This document shows, piece by piece, positions 50,790 through 59,261 of a stretch of 64,000 nucleotides of DNA. Below the pieces are notes generated by a model. That model was not told the origin of the DNA and did no database searches. It saw only the letters and a program-made list of their open reading frames with translations. The DNA lies in NCBI GenBank assembly GCA_963805625.1, contig CAWDVE010000010.1:1280001-1344000 (forward strand), read 5' to 3'. The stretch comes from an uncultured Candidatus Rokubacteria bacterium (GTDB lineage Bacteria; Methylomirabilota; Methylomirabilia; Rokubacteriales; DASRDR01). The translations under genes and the position numbers were made by a program. Every line of letters starts with the position of its first letter. Within the stretch, counting starts at the first letter, position 1.

Positions 50790-52589
50790 TCACCCGGTGT
50801 CGCTCGGCTCGTGGGCGAGAACGCCGGCCACCAGCCTCGTCATGTCGTCCACGTTGAAGGGCTTGGCCATCAGATAGTCGACCCCGCGCGTGCGCGCCTC
50901 GGTAAAGTCGATCTGGTCTCCCCAGCCTGTAACCAGCGCGATCGCCACGTTCGGCTGAGCTGCACGGAGGCCCTTGGCGACCTCCCAGCCGGAGAGCCCC
51001 GGCATCGACAGGTCGACGAGTGCGAGGTCGAACGCCGGCCCGTCGACGTGCGTCAGCGCCGCCGTGCCGTCCGCACATACCACGACCTCGTGCCCCTGAC
51101 CCTCGAGGACGTCGACCAGCACCTCCCGCACCGCGGCCTCGTCCTCCACCACGAGGATGCGCGCGCTTCGGTCCGCGCGTGGCGCCGGCGGCTCGGGCGG
51201 CGGCGGGAGCACCCCAGCCCCGACCGGCAGGCGCACGGTGAAGCGGCTTCCTTCGCCGGGCTGGCTCCAGACCTCGATCTCCCCGCCGTGGCGCGTCACG
51301 ATGCCGTACGCGATCGACAGGCCGAGACCGGTCCCGTGCTCCGCCTTCGTCGTGAAGAAGGGCTCGAAGCAGCGCTGCCGAACCTCTTCGCTCATGCCGA
51401 CACCGGTGTCCTGGACGATGCACACGACACGATCACCCTCGACCTTCGTCGAGAATGTCAGGGACCCGCCCTGCGGCATCGCGTCGAGCGCATTGAAGAG
51501 CAGGTTCAGGAACGTCTCCCGGAGCTCGGCCGGGTCGCCGGCCACCGGAGGCACCGGGGCGAGGTCGAGCCGCATCGCATACGTCACGGCGCGCGCCTGG
51601 GCCAGGTCGCTCCAGTGCGGCCGGGTCGCTTCAACCACCTCGCGAACCAACTCGGTGACGTCGACGCGCTGCCAGGGACGGGTCCGGCGCATCCGCGCGA
51701 ACTCCTGGATGCGGCGGACCGTCTGGGCGCCGTCCTGGGCGACGTGCTCGATGATCTTGAGCTGCCGGCGTAGATCGGGCGCGTCGATCTGGCGCTGCAG
51801 GAGCTGGGCGCGCCCGAGGACCACGGCGAGGACGTTGTTGAAATCGTGGGCGACACCGCCCGCCATCTCGCCCAGCGCCCGGAGGCGCTCGCTCCGGATG
51901 ATCCGCTGCTGGGACTGCTCAACCGTCACGAGGGCGGCGCGGAGCTCCGCGTAGAGCCGGCTGTTCTCGAGAGCCACTGCACCCTGGGCCGCCAGCGCCA
52001 CCGCGAGGTCCTGGGAGCGCGCGGAGAAGGGGACGGCCCCGCCGGCGATGTCGTCGAGCGACGCGAACCGCCAGCCTCGGTCGGGCTTCCGGTTCATCAG
52101 CTGCAGCACCCCCAGCACCTCGCCCTTCGGGGTCTTCATCGGCACCACGAGCATCGACTTCGTGCGGTAGCTGGTCTCCAGGTCCGGGGCGCGGTCGATC
52201 GTGAACGGCGACCCCGAAGGCGGGGCGTAGGCATCGGCGAGGTTGATGACCTCGCCGCTCAGCGCCGCGTAACCGGGCACGCTCTGGGGGCCGATCGGGA
52301 TGACCTGCTCCTTGACGGCCACCGACACGCTGTCGTTCTGCACGAGCACGGACCGGAGACAGCGCGTGCCGGTCCCATCGGTGTCCACCACGTAGAGGGA
52401 GCCGGCGTCACTCCAGGTGATGTCGCGGGCGGTCGTCAGAATGAGGTCCAGGAGCGCATCGGTGTCCCGCTCCGCGGCAAGCCGGACGCCGATGCCGATC
52501 AGCTCGCGCAGCTCCCGCGTGGCGCGGGCAAGATCGGCCTTCGTCCGCTCGTGGGCGCGTGAGAGCTCTTCGAACCCGGCGCCGCTCAT
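50790..52589 (-). CDS. Hybrid sensor histidine kinase (GAF-HisKA-HATPase-REC)
   Basis: GAF DAGSLY..YRTKSML, AHDFNN, NALDAM, DTGVG, PFFTTK..GTGLGL, VEDE...DLSMP...KPF. Confidence 0.9.
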   Translation of the reverse strand: MSGAGFEELSRAHERTKADLARATRELRELIGIGVRLAAERDTDALLDLILTTARDITWSDAGSLYVVDTDGTGTRCLRSVLVQNDSVSVAVKEQVIPIGPQSVPGYAALSGEVINLADAYAPPSGSPFTIDRAPDLETSYRTKSMLVVPMKTPKGEVLGVLQLMNRKPDRGWRFASLDDIAGGAVPFSARSQDLAVALAAQGAVALENSRLYAELRAALVTVEQSQQRIIRSERLRALGEMAGGVAHDFNNVLAVVLGRAQLLQRQIDAPDLRRQLKIIEHVAQDGAQTVRRIQEFARMRRTRPWQRVDVTELVREVVEATRPHWSDLAQARAVTYAMRLDLAPVPPVAGDPAELRETFLNLLFNALDAMPQGGSLTFSTKVEGDRVVCIVQDTGVGMSEEVRQRCFEPFFTTKAEHGTGLGLSIAYGIVTRHGGEIEVWSQPGEGSRFTVRLPVGAGVLPPPPEPPAPRADRSARILVVEDEAAVREVLVDVLEGQGHEVVVCADGTAALTHVDGPAFDLALVDLSMPGLSGWEVAKGLRAAQPNVAIALVTGWGDQIDFTEARTRGVDYLMAKPFNVDDMTRLVAGVLAHEPSDTG

Positions 52590-52595
52590 CCCACT

Positions 52596-52625
52596 ACGGT
52601 AGGGAGCCGGATATTGCCCTGTCAA
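52596..52625 (-). promoter_or_regulatory. sigma70 promoter of the kinase gene, leaderless
   Basis: TTGACA-N18-TACCGT-N6-ATG(52589). Confidence 0.55.
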
Positions 52626-52657
52626 CGGCCCCCCGGGGCCCCAGCCCTTCCCGGTGC

Positions 52658-52810
52658 TCATCGCCAGGCGAGCGCGGTCACCCCGAAGGCCAGAAGAACC
52701 AGTCCCGACAGTCGGTTGACCCAGCAAAGGGCGCCCAGATCCAGGCGCGCGGAGGGCGCTGACGGCCCCGTTCAGCATCAGCCACCAGAGGGCCGAGCCC
52801 AGGAAGTCGG
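52658..52810 (-). pseudogene. lysE: 3' fragment of a LysE-family translocator
   Basis: FLGSALWWLMLNGAVSALRA, frameshift, then LDLGALCWVNRLSGLVLLAFGVTALAWR*. Confidence 0.75.
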
Positions 52811-52843
52811 TCGACGTGGCATGGTTTGTGCTCCCTCCCGGCC

Positions 52844-53032
52844 ATGAATCCCAAGCGCCAGTCGGTGGCCGAAGCCGACGTATTCCGCGTGCTGACCGAC
52901 CTTCGGAAGGCTGAGCTCGTCCTGGCGACGAACATCGAAAGCACCCCTCCGGATCTCGTTCAGGCGGCGCACCTGGCCGCGATCCGCGCGGCCATCGCCA
53001 AGCTCCACCTGTTCTTCGCCTCGCCCAACTGA
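52844..53032 (+). CDS. Small helical hypothetical protein (paralog A)
   Basis: Aligns with 53240..53443 (QS..EA..R...LR.AE..L...PD...A..L.AIRAAI..L). Confidence 0.6.
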   Translation: MNPKRQSVAEADVFRVLTDLRKAELVLATNIESTPPDLVQAAHLAAIRAAIAKLHLFFASPN

Positions 53033-53239
53033 GCCTCCCCCTCACCGCTCCAGGGCCGTCATCCGCAGTGGGGAAGGAGCCCGGGGATCGCCCCGGGGCT
53101 CCGTGGTCGCGGCCATTTCAACCACCTGCGAGGTCATTTCAGCCCCGGCCCGCGTGCTCGCGGCCGGCGATCATGGCGTCCTCCCGTTGACGGCGGCGCG
53201 CCTCCACGCGGCGGCATCGCCCGTGCTACCCTCGGCGCC

Positions 53240-53443
53240 GTGGAGTCCCCGCGCCTCCAGTCGGCCACGGAAGCCGGCGCCTACCGCCTCCTGCGCGAGG
53301 CCCTCCTCGAACTGCGGCAGGCCGAGCGGACCCTGACGATCCTCGAAGAGGCCGCGCCGGATGTGGAGCGTGCCCTCCTCCTGGTCGCGATCCGGGCGGC
53401 GATCGTCCAACTCGAGGTCTACGTGCGACCGCTGCCGGGCTGA
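53240..53443 (+). CDS. Small helical hypothetical protein (paralog B)
   Basis: Paralog of 52844..53032, preceded by TGCTACCCT extended -10 7 nt before the GTG. Confidence 0.6.
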   Translation: MESPRLQSATEAGAYRLLREALLELRQAERTLTILEEAAPDVERALLLVAIRAAIVQLEVYVRPLPG

Positions 53444-53549
53444 GCCTGCGCGGCAAGCTTCATCAACGCGCCCGCTCCCCCTCGATAGCCCACTCGGCGC
53501 GCGCGGGCTCTCACAGCTCCAGCGCCGCCATCCGCGCGGGCGGCGATCA

Positions 53550-53835
53550 TGGCGTCGCCGCCGGTCTCGCCCGCGCCGGGTCAGCGCGAGGCCGACCAGC
53601 GCCAGCGTCTGGAACGTGGCACTCGCCGGCCCCGGCACGGGGGTGGCGTCGGTCGTGGGCGTCTCCTGGGTGATGAGGGTGACCCCGGCGTGGGCGCCCC
53701 GCACTCGCGGCAGAGCACCCACTCGCCGTCGAGGTGCCGATACACCACGCCCGAGGAGAGTTGCAGGGTGTCGCCGTCGTGGTACCAGCCGAGCGCGGCC
53801 CAATCAATCTCCACCGTCGTCTCTCCGCTTGGCAT
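53550..53835 (-). pseudogene. Frameshifted small protein with CxxC and a PEP-CTERM-like tail
   Basis: MPSGETTVEIDW...WVLCRECG, then in another frame ...TPVPGPASATFQTLALVGLALTRRGRDRRRR. Confidence 0.45.
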
Positions 53836-53907
53836 CGTTTACCGCTTTCCGCATCGTTCGCTCACCGCCCCGGCGGTGTTTCACGCACCGCGCGGGCGGC
53901 ATCCTTG

Positions 53908-54208
53908 CTACGAACCTCTCGGCTGGTCTTCTGACAGGGTTCCTTTCACCGTCGCCGAGAGAGTCGTCGAACCGGAGAGCAAGATCTCAATGAACCCCCC
54001 TGTAATGCGACCCCGGCGTCACGATTCAACCGGACCCAGCCCGATGCTCTATGCCTCGGAGCATCAGTGTCGTCAGCCGCCGGAGCTCGGCGGCCTCCGC
54101 CTGCAACTCTCGGGCGCTCGTCCGATAGTAGAGCCATGACACCAGCCACGTGATCAGCCCGCCGAGAAGGACGCTGACGCCGGTCGACACCCACGAATTC
54201 ATCATCAC
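53908..54208 (-). pseudogene. Single-pass membrane protein, apparently frameshifted twice
   Basis: MNSWVSTGVSVLLGGLITWLVSWLYY..., continuing as SGWVRLNRDAG and RITGGFIEILLSG...* in shifted frames. Overlaps the XRE stop. Confidence 0.45.
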
Positions 54209-54420
54209 TCCAGCAGCGCCGTCACCGGCACGCCGAGGGCCTTGGCGAGGCGCTGGAGGATCACGATGCCGGGACTCTTGTTTCCGCGTGTCCCCGCCTC
54301 AAGCTGGGACAGGTACGGCTGAGAGACGCGCGCTTTCTTCGACAAAGCGGCCTGACTGAGTCTTTGAGTCTGGCGGAGCTTTCGCACCTTCACACCGAAC
54401 CTCACCCTCCGTGGACTCAT
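54205..54420 (-). CDS. XRE-family (Cro/C1-type) HTH transcriptional regulator
   Basis: LSQAALSKKARVSQPYLSQLEAG...PGIVILQRLAKALGV. Confidence 0.85.
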   Translation of the reverse strand: MSPRRVRFGVKVRKLRQTQRLSQAALSKKARVSQPYLSQLEAGTRGNKSPGIVILQRLAKALGVPVTALLE

Positions 54421-54448
54421 GTTATTGCAATCGCAATAGTCATGTCAA
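54419..54448 (-). promoter_or_regulatory. XRE promoter with palindromic operator
   Basis: TTGACA-N18-TAACAT, with TATTGC-N4-GCAATA inverted repeat at 54423-54438 over the spacer. Confidence 0.6.
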
Positions 54449-54466
54449 GGTCTCCATGGGCCTGGT

Positions 54467-54906
54467 CTAGCGGGTGCCTTCCAGCGCCTTGATCCACTCT
54501 TTGACGATGTTGCTCTCGCAGCCGCGGCTGGACATGTTCAACACCTCGGTGCCCGACTCATTGTCGATCAGTGTGATGTCATAGGTGACTGCGGCTCGAA
54601 GTTCGCGATGCAGACGTCGAACTGCTGCCATGCCACCAAGAGGCGGTACCGAGTTCGGAACGTGGCGAACTGCTCAAGCTGCGTCTGCTCACCCGTTGTG
54701 CCGCGAGTGACCTGAGGGCCCCGGTCGGTGGCCAAGCGCCATCCGCGCTGGGCTAGGGCATCCTTCAGGGCGCCGGTGAGGCCCCCGCCGGGCGGGACCG
54801 TCACGGTGCGGGTGGTTAGATCGACGGGTCCATAGGTGCGAACGCGATAGGAACCGCAGGCCGACAGGATGACGAGCGCCACCCCAAGGGTCAATATTCG
54901 TCGCAT
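54467..54906 (-). pseudogene. Lipoprotein with one frameshift (~54590)
   Basis: GGAGGAG SD, lipobox LSAC, continues VTYDITLIDNESGTEVLNMSSRGCESNIVKEWIKALEGTR* in another frame. Confidence 0.6.
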
Positions 54907-54910
54907 GGTT

Positions 54911-55200
54911 TCACTCCTCCACCACCGAGTTGGCATAGGCGATCCAGCGGTCGATCCGGCGCAGCCACTGGTGGAGATGCGGCGGACTGGTCCGGAAGGT
55001 GACCCGGGCGCCATCAAGCCCGAGGCGGCCGAGCTCCGGCGTGAACCGCGTCGTCGTCAGCCCGGGTGGCGGCCGGAGAAAGGCGGCGCGCCAGACCCGC
55101 GACGGAACCGCACTGAGTGCGACCTCGTAGAGCGCCAGGGGACGGCGTGGCCAGCGCGATCGGGTGGGGTGGACGCTGGACCCGGTGGATCGCCACGACC
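54911..55200 (-). pseudogene. Hypothetical protein, 5' end frameshifted
   Basis: Open frame ...PLALYEVALSAVPSRVWRAAFLRPP...WLRRIDRWIAYANSVVEE* lacks an in-frame start. Confidence 0.45.
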
Positions 55201-55389
55201 GTCAGCGCGGCTCAGGGGGCCTGTACCGCCGGAGCGGGTTCACAGTCTGATCGGGCTCCCAGATCGGTACGAGAAGCCATCAGCCATCACCGACAAGGAC
55301 GGGTACGTCCTCGGTATTGCAGCCACACCACAGGATCGCGGGACCTCGGAGAACTCCAACGATGTGCCGCAGGAACGAGTTGTGGAGCG

Positions 55390-56103
55390 TCATTGCTGAG
55401 CAGATCGGGCGCCACGGCGCCACGCGAGCGCGCCGAGCGTCAGCAGACCGCATGCCGTGAGCAGCACGGTCGACGGCTCCGACACCCGCTGCCGGAACAA
55501 CAAAATATCGAAAGCACCAACCCGATCGCGCTCACCGAGGCTGATCGTTTTCTCCATCACTCCGCCGCCACGGTCCGGCAGGTGTTCGACGATGCCGAGC
55601 GCATGACCGATCTCGTGTTTCGCTACGGTGAGGAAGTCGGTCGTTAGCGCGGGTGGCTCGCCTGCGTCGTCCGTCGCCGGAGTCGGATCGAGGAACCACT
55701 GAAGCAACGTGTTGAAGTAGATCTCCCCCTCGGGGAAGTCGGGGGAGTTTCTCGGCGGAGATGGGTACTGCCCCGCCGCCCAGCCGCCTTGAGGGACGGT
55801 GACGCCCGGGATATCTAAGAGATCGTTCGGGGCGCCCACCTCGCCGAACCTCTTGAAGAGATCCGCGTCCTCCCACCGGAGCGTCCAGGTGCCGAGCACC
55901 TGATCGAAGTTCTCGATGAAAGTCTTCCACTCCGAGAGGGCCTCGTTGACGATCGCTTTCTCGGCCTCAGTCCACGGCTTGGCAGGGTGGCCGGCGGTCG
56001 TGCCGGCGTCACCCGGGTTGACGAAGATGACCCCGGCGCGCGCCGGATGCGTGCCGAGCGTGAGTGTCGAGAGGAGAGCAAGGAGAAGGATCGTGGAGAT
56101 CAT
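55390..56103 (-). CDS. Matrixin/metzincin-like Zn metallopeptidase with PEP-CTERM sorting signal
   Basis: Signal peptide, HEIGHALGIVEH, Met-turn GVM, then VSEPSTVLLTACGLLTLGALAWRR. Confidence 0.75.
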   Translation of the reverse strand: MISTILLLALLSTLTLGTHPARAGVIFVNPGDAGTTAGHPAKPWTEAEKAIVNEALSEWKTFIENFDQVLGTWTLRWEDADLFKRFGEVGAPNDLLDIPGVTVPQGGWAAGQYPSPPRNSPDFPEGEIYFNTLLQWFLDPTPATDDAGEPPALTTDFLTVAKHEIGHALGIVEHLPDRGGGVMEKTISLGERDRVGAFDILLFRQRVSEPSTVLLTACGLLTLGALAWRRGARSAQQ

Positions 56104-56222
56104 AACCGGCCCCCTTCAGGGATGGCTGTGCGTGAGTCGCATCGGGGCAACCTCGCGGCCACACGTCCAGCAAGCGCGAGTCGGCCGCGGGCGGCCGGTG
56201 GCGTCGAGCCGGATGGGAGGCG

Positions 56223-57224
56223 TCACTGGATGATCTGGTCCGCTCGGGCCAGGATCGAAGGCGCGATCGTCAGGCCCAGCGCCTTGGCAGTCTTCAGGTT
56301 CACGAACAGGTCAAACTTCGTCGGCTGCTCGACGGGCATGTCGCCGGGCTTCGCCCCCTTGAGGATCTTGTCGACGAACGTCGCGGCGCGCCGCCGAACG
56401 TCGAGCGGGTTCGAGTAGTAGGACATGAGGCCGCCTTCCTCCACCGCATCCCCGTCGTCGTACATCGTGGGCAGGCGGTTCCGGGCCGCGAACTCCAAGA
56501 TGAGGTTAAAGTGCTCGCTGTTGATGGCGCTCCCAAACAGGAAGAGCCCGTCGGCGCGCTCCCGGGTGATGGCCGCCAGGGCCGCCGTCAGCTCGGCCAG
56601 CGTCCTGGCGTCATGGGGCAGGAGCGTCATCCCGAGCTTCGGTGCCACGCGCCGCTGGACGCGGACGTAGGGGTCATAGAGGTTCTCGCTCGAGTACAGC
56701 ACCGCCACCCGCGAGATCCTGGGCACGGCCTCCTTGAAGAGCTCGAGCGCCTCACCGGCGATCTCGAGCTCCGGACTTGAGGTCACCCCAGTCACGTTCC
56801 CGCCGGGCCGGGCGAAGCTCGCCACGAGCCCCCGCCCGACCGGGTCGGCGCTCCCGATGAAGACGATGGGGATCGTGGCCGTCGCCGCCTTGGCGGCTTT
56901 GGCGCTCGTCGAGTTCGCGGCCACGATGACGTCGACCTGGAGCGCGACCAGCTCGGCCGCGAGGGCTGGAAGCCGATCGACCTTCGACTCCGCGAAGCGA
57001 CTCTCGATGACCAAGTCCCGCCCCTCGACGTAGCCCAATTCAAAGAGTCCCTGTCGGAAGGCCACGACGTTAGTCCGGGGGCTGGGCGGTCCGAAGACTG
57101 GGGGCTGGCCGGTGTGCAGAAACCCGATGCGGTGGACCTTTCCCGTCGGCTGGGCCTCGGCGGCGAGCGGCGCGACGAGGAGGGCCAGGACGAGAACCGT
57201 GGTCGTGAACCGGGCAAGCCTCAT
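56223..57224 (-). CDS. Orphan ABC transporter substrate-binding protein (ABC_sub_bind type)
   Basis: AFRQGLFELGYVEG, DPV.RGLVASFARPGGNVTG, KILKGAKPGDMPVEQPTKFDL..NLKTAKALG. Confidence 0.88.
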   Translation of the reverse strand: MRLARFTTTVLVLALLVAPLAAEAQPTGKVHRIGFLHTGQPPVFGPPSPRTNVVAFRQGLFELGYVEGRDLVIESRFAESKVDRLPALAAELVALQVDVIVAANSTSAKAAKAATATIPIVFIGSADPVGRGLVASFARPGGNVTGVTSSPELEIAGEALELFKEAVPRISRVAVLYSSENLYDPYVRVQRRVAPKLGMTLLPHDARTLAELTAALAAITRERADGLFLFGSAINSEHFNLILEFAARNRLPTMYDDGDAVEEGGLMSYYSNPLDVRRRAATFVDKILKGAKPGDMPVEQPTKFDLFVNLKTAKALGLTIAPSILARADQIIQ

Positions 57225-57490
57225 GAAATCCTCCTGTCGTCCAGCACCCGGAGCGCCGACTCAAGGAACCGCCGGAGTTCGGCGTCGCGCGCCGCCAGCC
57301 GGGCGGCCCGGTCTCGTCGATGGAGCGCGGCCCGGCAGCGCCCGGAGCAGACCCGTTGCCCCTCGCGGGGCGGCGCCCCCTCCGGTTGGAGCGGCCGGCC
57401 ACAGACCGGGCACCGCGGGTCCGAGGGTACTACGGGCGGGGCCGGCGTACGTACGCCGCCTGGGCGGCCTGGCGTCCGTCTGGGAACCAT
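57221..57490 (-). CDS. Small Zn-ribbon protein (CxxC...CxxxC), phage-like
   Basis: RCPVCGRPL...RVCSGRCRAA, with a TAAGGAG SD. Confidence 0.6.
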   Translation of the reverse strand: MVPRRTPGRPGGVRTPAPPVVPSDPRCPVCGRPLQPEGAPPREGQRVCSGRCRAALHRRDRAARLAARDAELRRFLESALRVLDDRRIS

Positions 57491-57542
57491 TCTGGGTGAT
57501 CTCCTTACCGGGCCGCGCGCGCCCTGCGGGAGCCGGACGCGG

Positions 57543-57683
57543 TCACGACGGCGACTCCTGGAAGCCGCAGCGCGGGCGCTTCCCCTTCTTCACTTGGGGA
57601 CCCGTCGTCGCCGTCGTCACGCTGTTCTTCGGCGGCGTGTAGTACGGGGTCGGGGTCGGTTTGGGATAACTCGGGCCGCCCAT
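57543..57683 (-). CDS. Small Pro/Thr/Lys-rich hypothetical protein (possibly frameshifted)
   Basis: MGGPSYPKPTPTPYYTPPKN..., starting 2 nt after the upstream stop. Confidence 0.35.
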   Translation of the reverse strand: MGGPSYPKPTPTPYYTPPKNSVTTATTGPQVKKGKRPRCGFQESPS

Positions 57684-57685
57684 GG

Positions 57686-58414
57686 TCAGCGCCGCGCCGT
57701 CGGCGGATCGGCCGGCCACCGCTGCCGCAAGGTTGCGGCATGCTTCGCCCCAAAGTTCTCCGCCACCTTCTGGATCGCGGCCTCGCGGTCCAGGTCGTAG
57801 TACCCCGCAAACTGCTGAATCATCTTCACCGCATTCCCGAGCCCGCTGCCATCGAGCGCCGTCTTGAGCCGGGTCTCCAACTCCGGCGCCAGGCTCTTCA
57901 CCACGCTGAGCACGCGCATCCCTTTCCCGAGCGTCTGCCGGGCCGCGTCCGCCAACCCCTCCGCCTTGATCAACGCGTCCAAGGCCTCGCGGTCGGTCGT
58001 CTGCACGACCCCGATCGCCGCCTCGGGCAGATCCTCCCGGAACCCGCGGATGTAATCCACGAGCGATTGCTGCACCGTGGCCGACACGCCCGCCGCCTGG
58101 CACACCTCGCCGACGACCCGCCCGGTCTCGGGGTCGAGACCCACCAGGGGCGCCGGCGCCGGTCCAGACACCCCGCTGGGCGCGGACGTCGTCCCGGAGA
58201 CCACCCGCAGGAGGCGGTCCATTTCTTCCAGCGCGCCGGGGGCGCCACGCCAGTAGGGGGACGAGGGATCGGCGCGGATCTGCTGGATCCTCTGCTCCGC
58301 CGCGACGCGATTCCCACTCCCACTCGGGGCGGGGGCGCGGGCGGCGGGGGCAAGGGCCGACCCGACGAGCCGCACGCGCTGGACGCCCCCCGGAGAGAGC
58401 TCGATCACCATCAT
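57686..58414 (-). CDS. Hypothetical protein resembling podovirus capsid scaffolding proteins
   Basis: AGGAGG SD, motifs AEQRIQQIRADPSSPYW and LDGSGLGNAVKMIQQFA. Confidence 0.5.
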   Translation of the reverse strand: MMVIELSPGGVQRVRLVGSALAPAARAPAPSGSGNRVAAEQRIQQIRADPSSPYWRGAPGALEEMDRLLRVVSGTTSAPSGVSGPAPAPLVGLDPETGRVVGEVCQAAGVSATVQQSLVDYIRGFREDLPEAAIGVVQTTDREALDALIKAEGLADAARQTLGKGMRVLSVVKSLAPELETRLKTALDGSGLGNAVKMIQQFAGYYDLDREAAIQKVAENFGAKHAATLRQRWPADPPTARR

Positions 58415-58531
58415 GGTCGCCACCTCCTGCTCGCCCTGTATCAGGACGCGCCGAGGGGGCGATCTGGGGAAAACCAGGGTGGCTCGGGTCGCTGGGGGCC
58501 GAGGGCACTCCGGGCCGCGGAGCCGGCGACG

Positions 58532-59261
58532 TTACAGCGGGTCGACCCCCCGGGCGAGGCGGGTGAGGTTGGGACGTTCCGCCGCGAGGAAGGCACGGAG
58601 CGTCTTCCGGTCGAGATGGGCGCGCCGGGCCGCTTCCGCCTGAGACGTGTGGTCCTGGTACAAGCACGTCAGCGCCACGGCCTTCCGGGCCCCGAGGCGC
58701 CCCCGGCCGGCGATGCGGGCCAGGTAGGCGCCCCATCGCGCGGCGCGCGCCGTCCCCTCGACGCGGGGGACGAGCTCCTGCTCCGGGTCCAGGATCTCCT
58801 CGACGGTCGCCTCGAGATCCGGCACGGTGAGCGCTTGCCGCTGCTCGCGCTGCCGCGTGCGCCGGATGCGCGCCTGCTCGGCATTGGTGACATGCCAAAT
58901 CGCCCACGTCGGCTCTAGTCGGATGGCCGGGAGATACTCGACGCGGGCGCGGCGGAGGTCCTCGAGGAAGCCTCGTTCGAGCGCGGCGTCCCACTCCGGG
59001 CGCGCCGGCCCCTGGAGCATCCGCCGCACGGGACTACTCGCGATCCAGTGCGCGGATCGACGCCGTGGCGTCACCTCGAGGTAGCGGGTCAATCGCTCCA
59101 GCACCCGACCCGCGAGCTCGGCGCGCTGCTCGGCCGTGCGCCACAGCCCCTTCTTGTAGAGCGCGAAGAGAAACGGCTGCAGGAGGCGCGCCGGGGGCTG
59201 CGACGCGTCCACCGCGGTCCGCACCTGGTCGAGGATCGAGGCGTCGCGGCGCCGCCGTACC
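58532..59261 (-). CDS. N-truncated protein with C-terminal sigma-region-4-like HTH, fused in frame to the lysE 5' fragment
   Basis: LGARKAVALTCLYQDHTSQAEAARRAHLDRKTLR. No own SD/start inside the island. Confidence 0.5.

Noticed and set aside
52590-53045. N-terminal 152-aa extension of the histidine kinase in the ORF track
   Set aside because: It runs through the kinase promoter, the lysE remnant and island genes, so it is a fortuitous open frame
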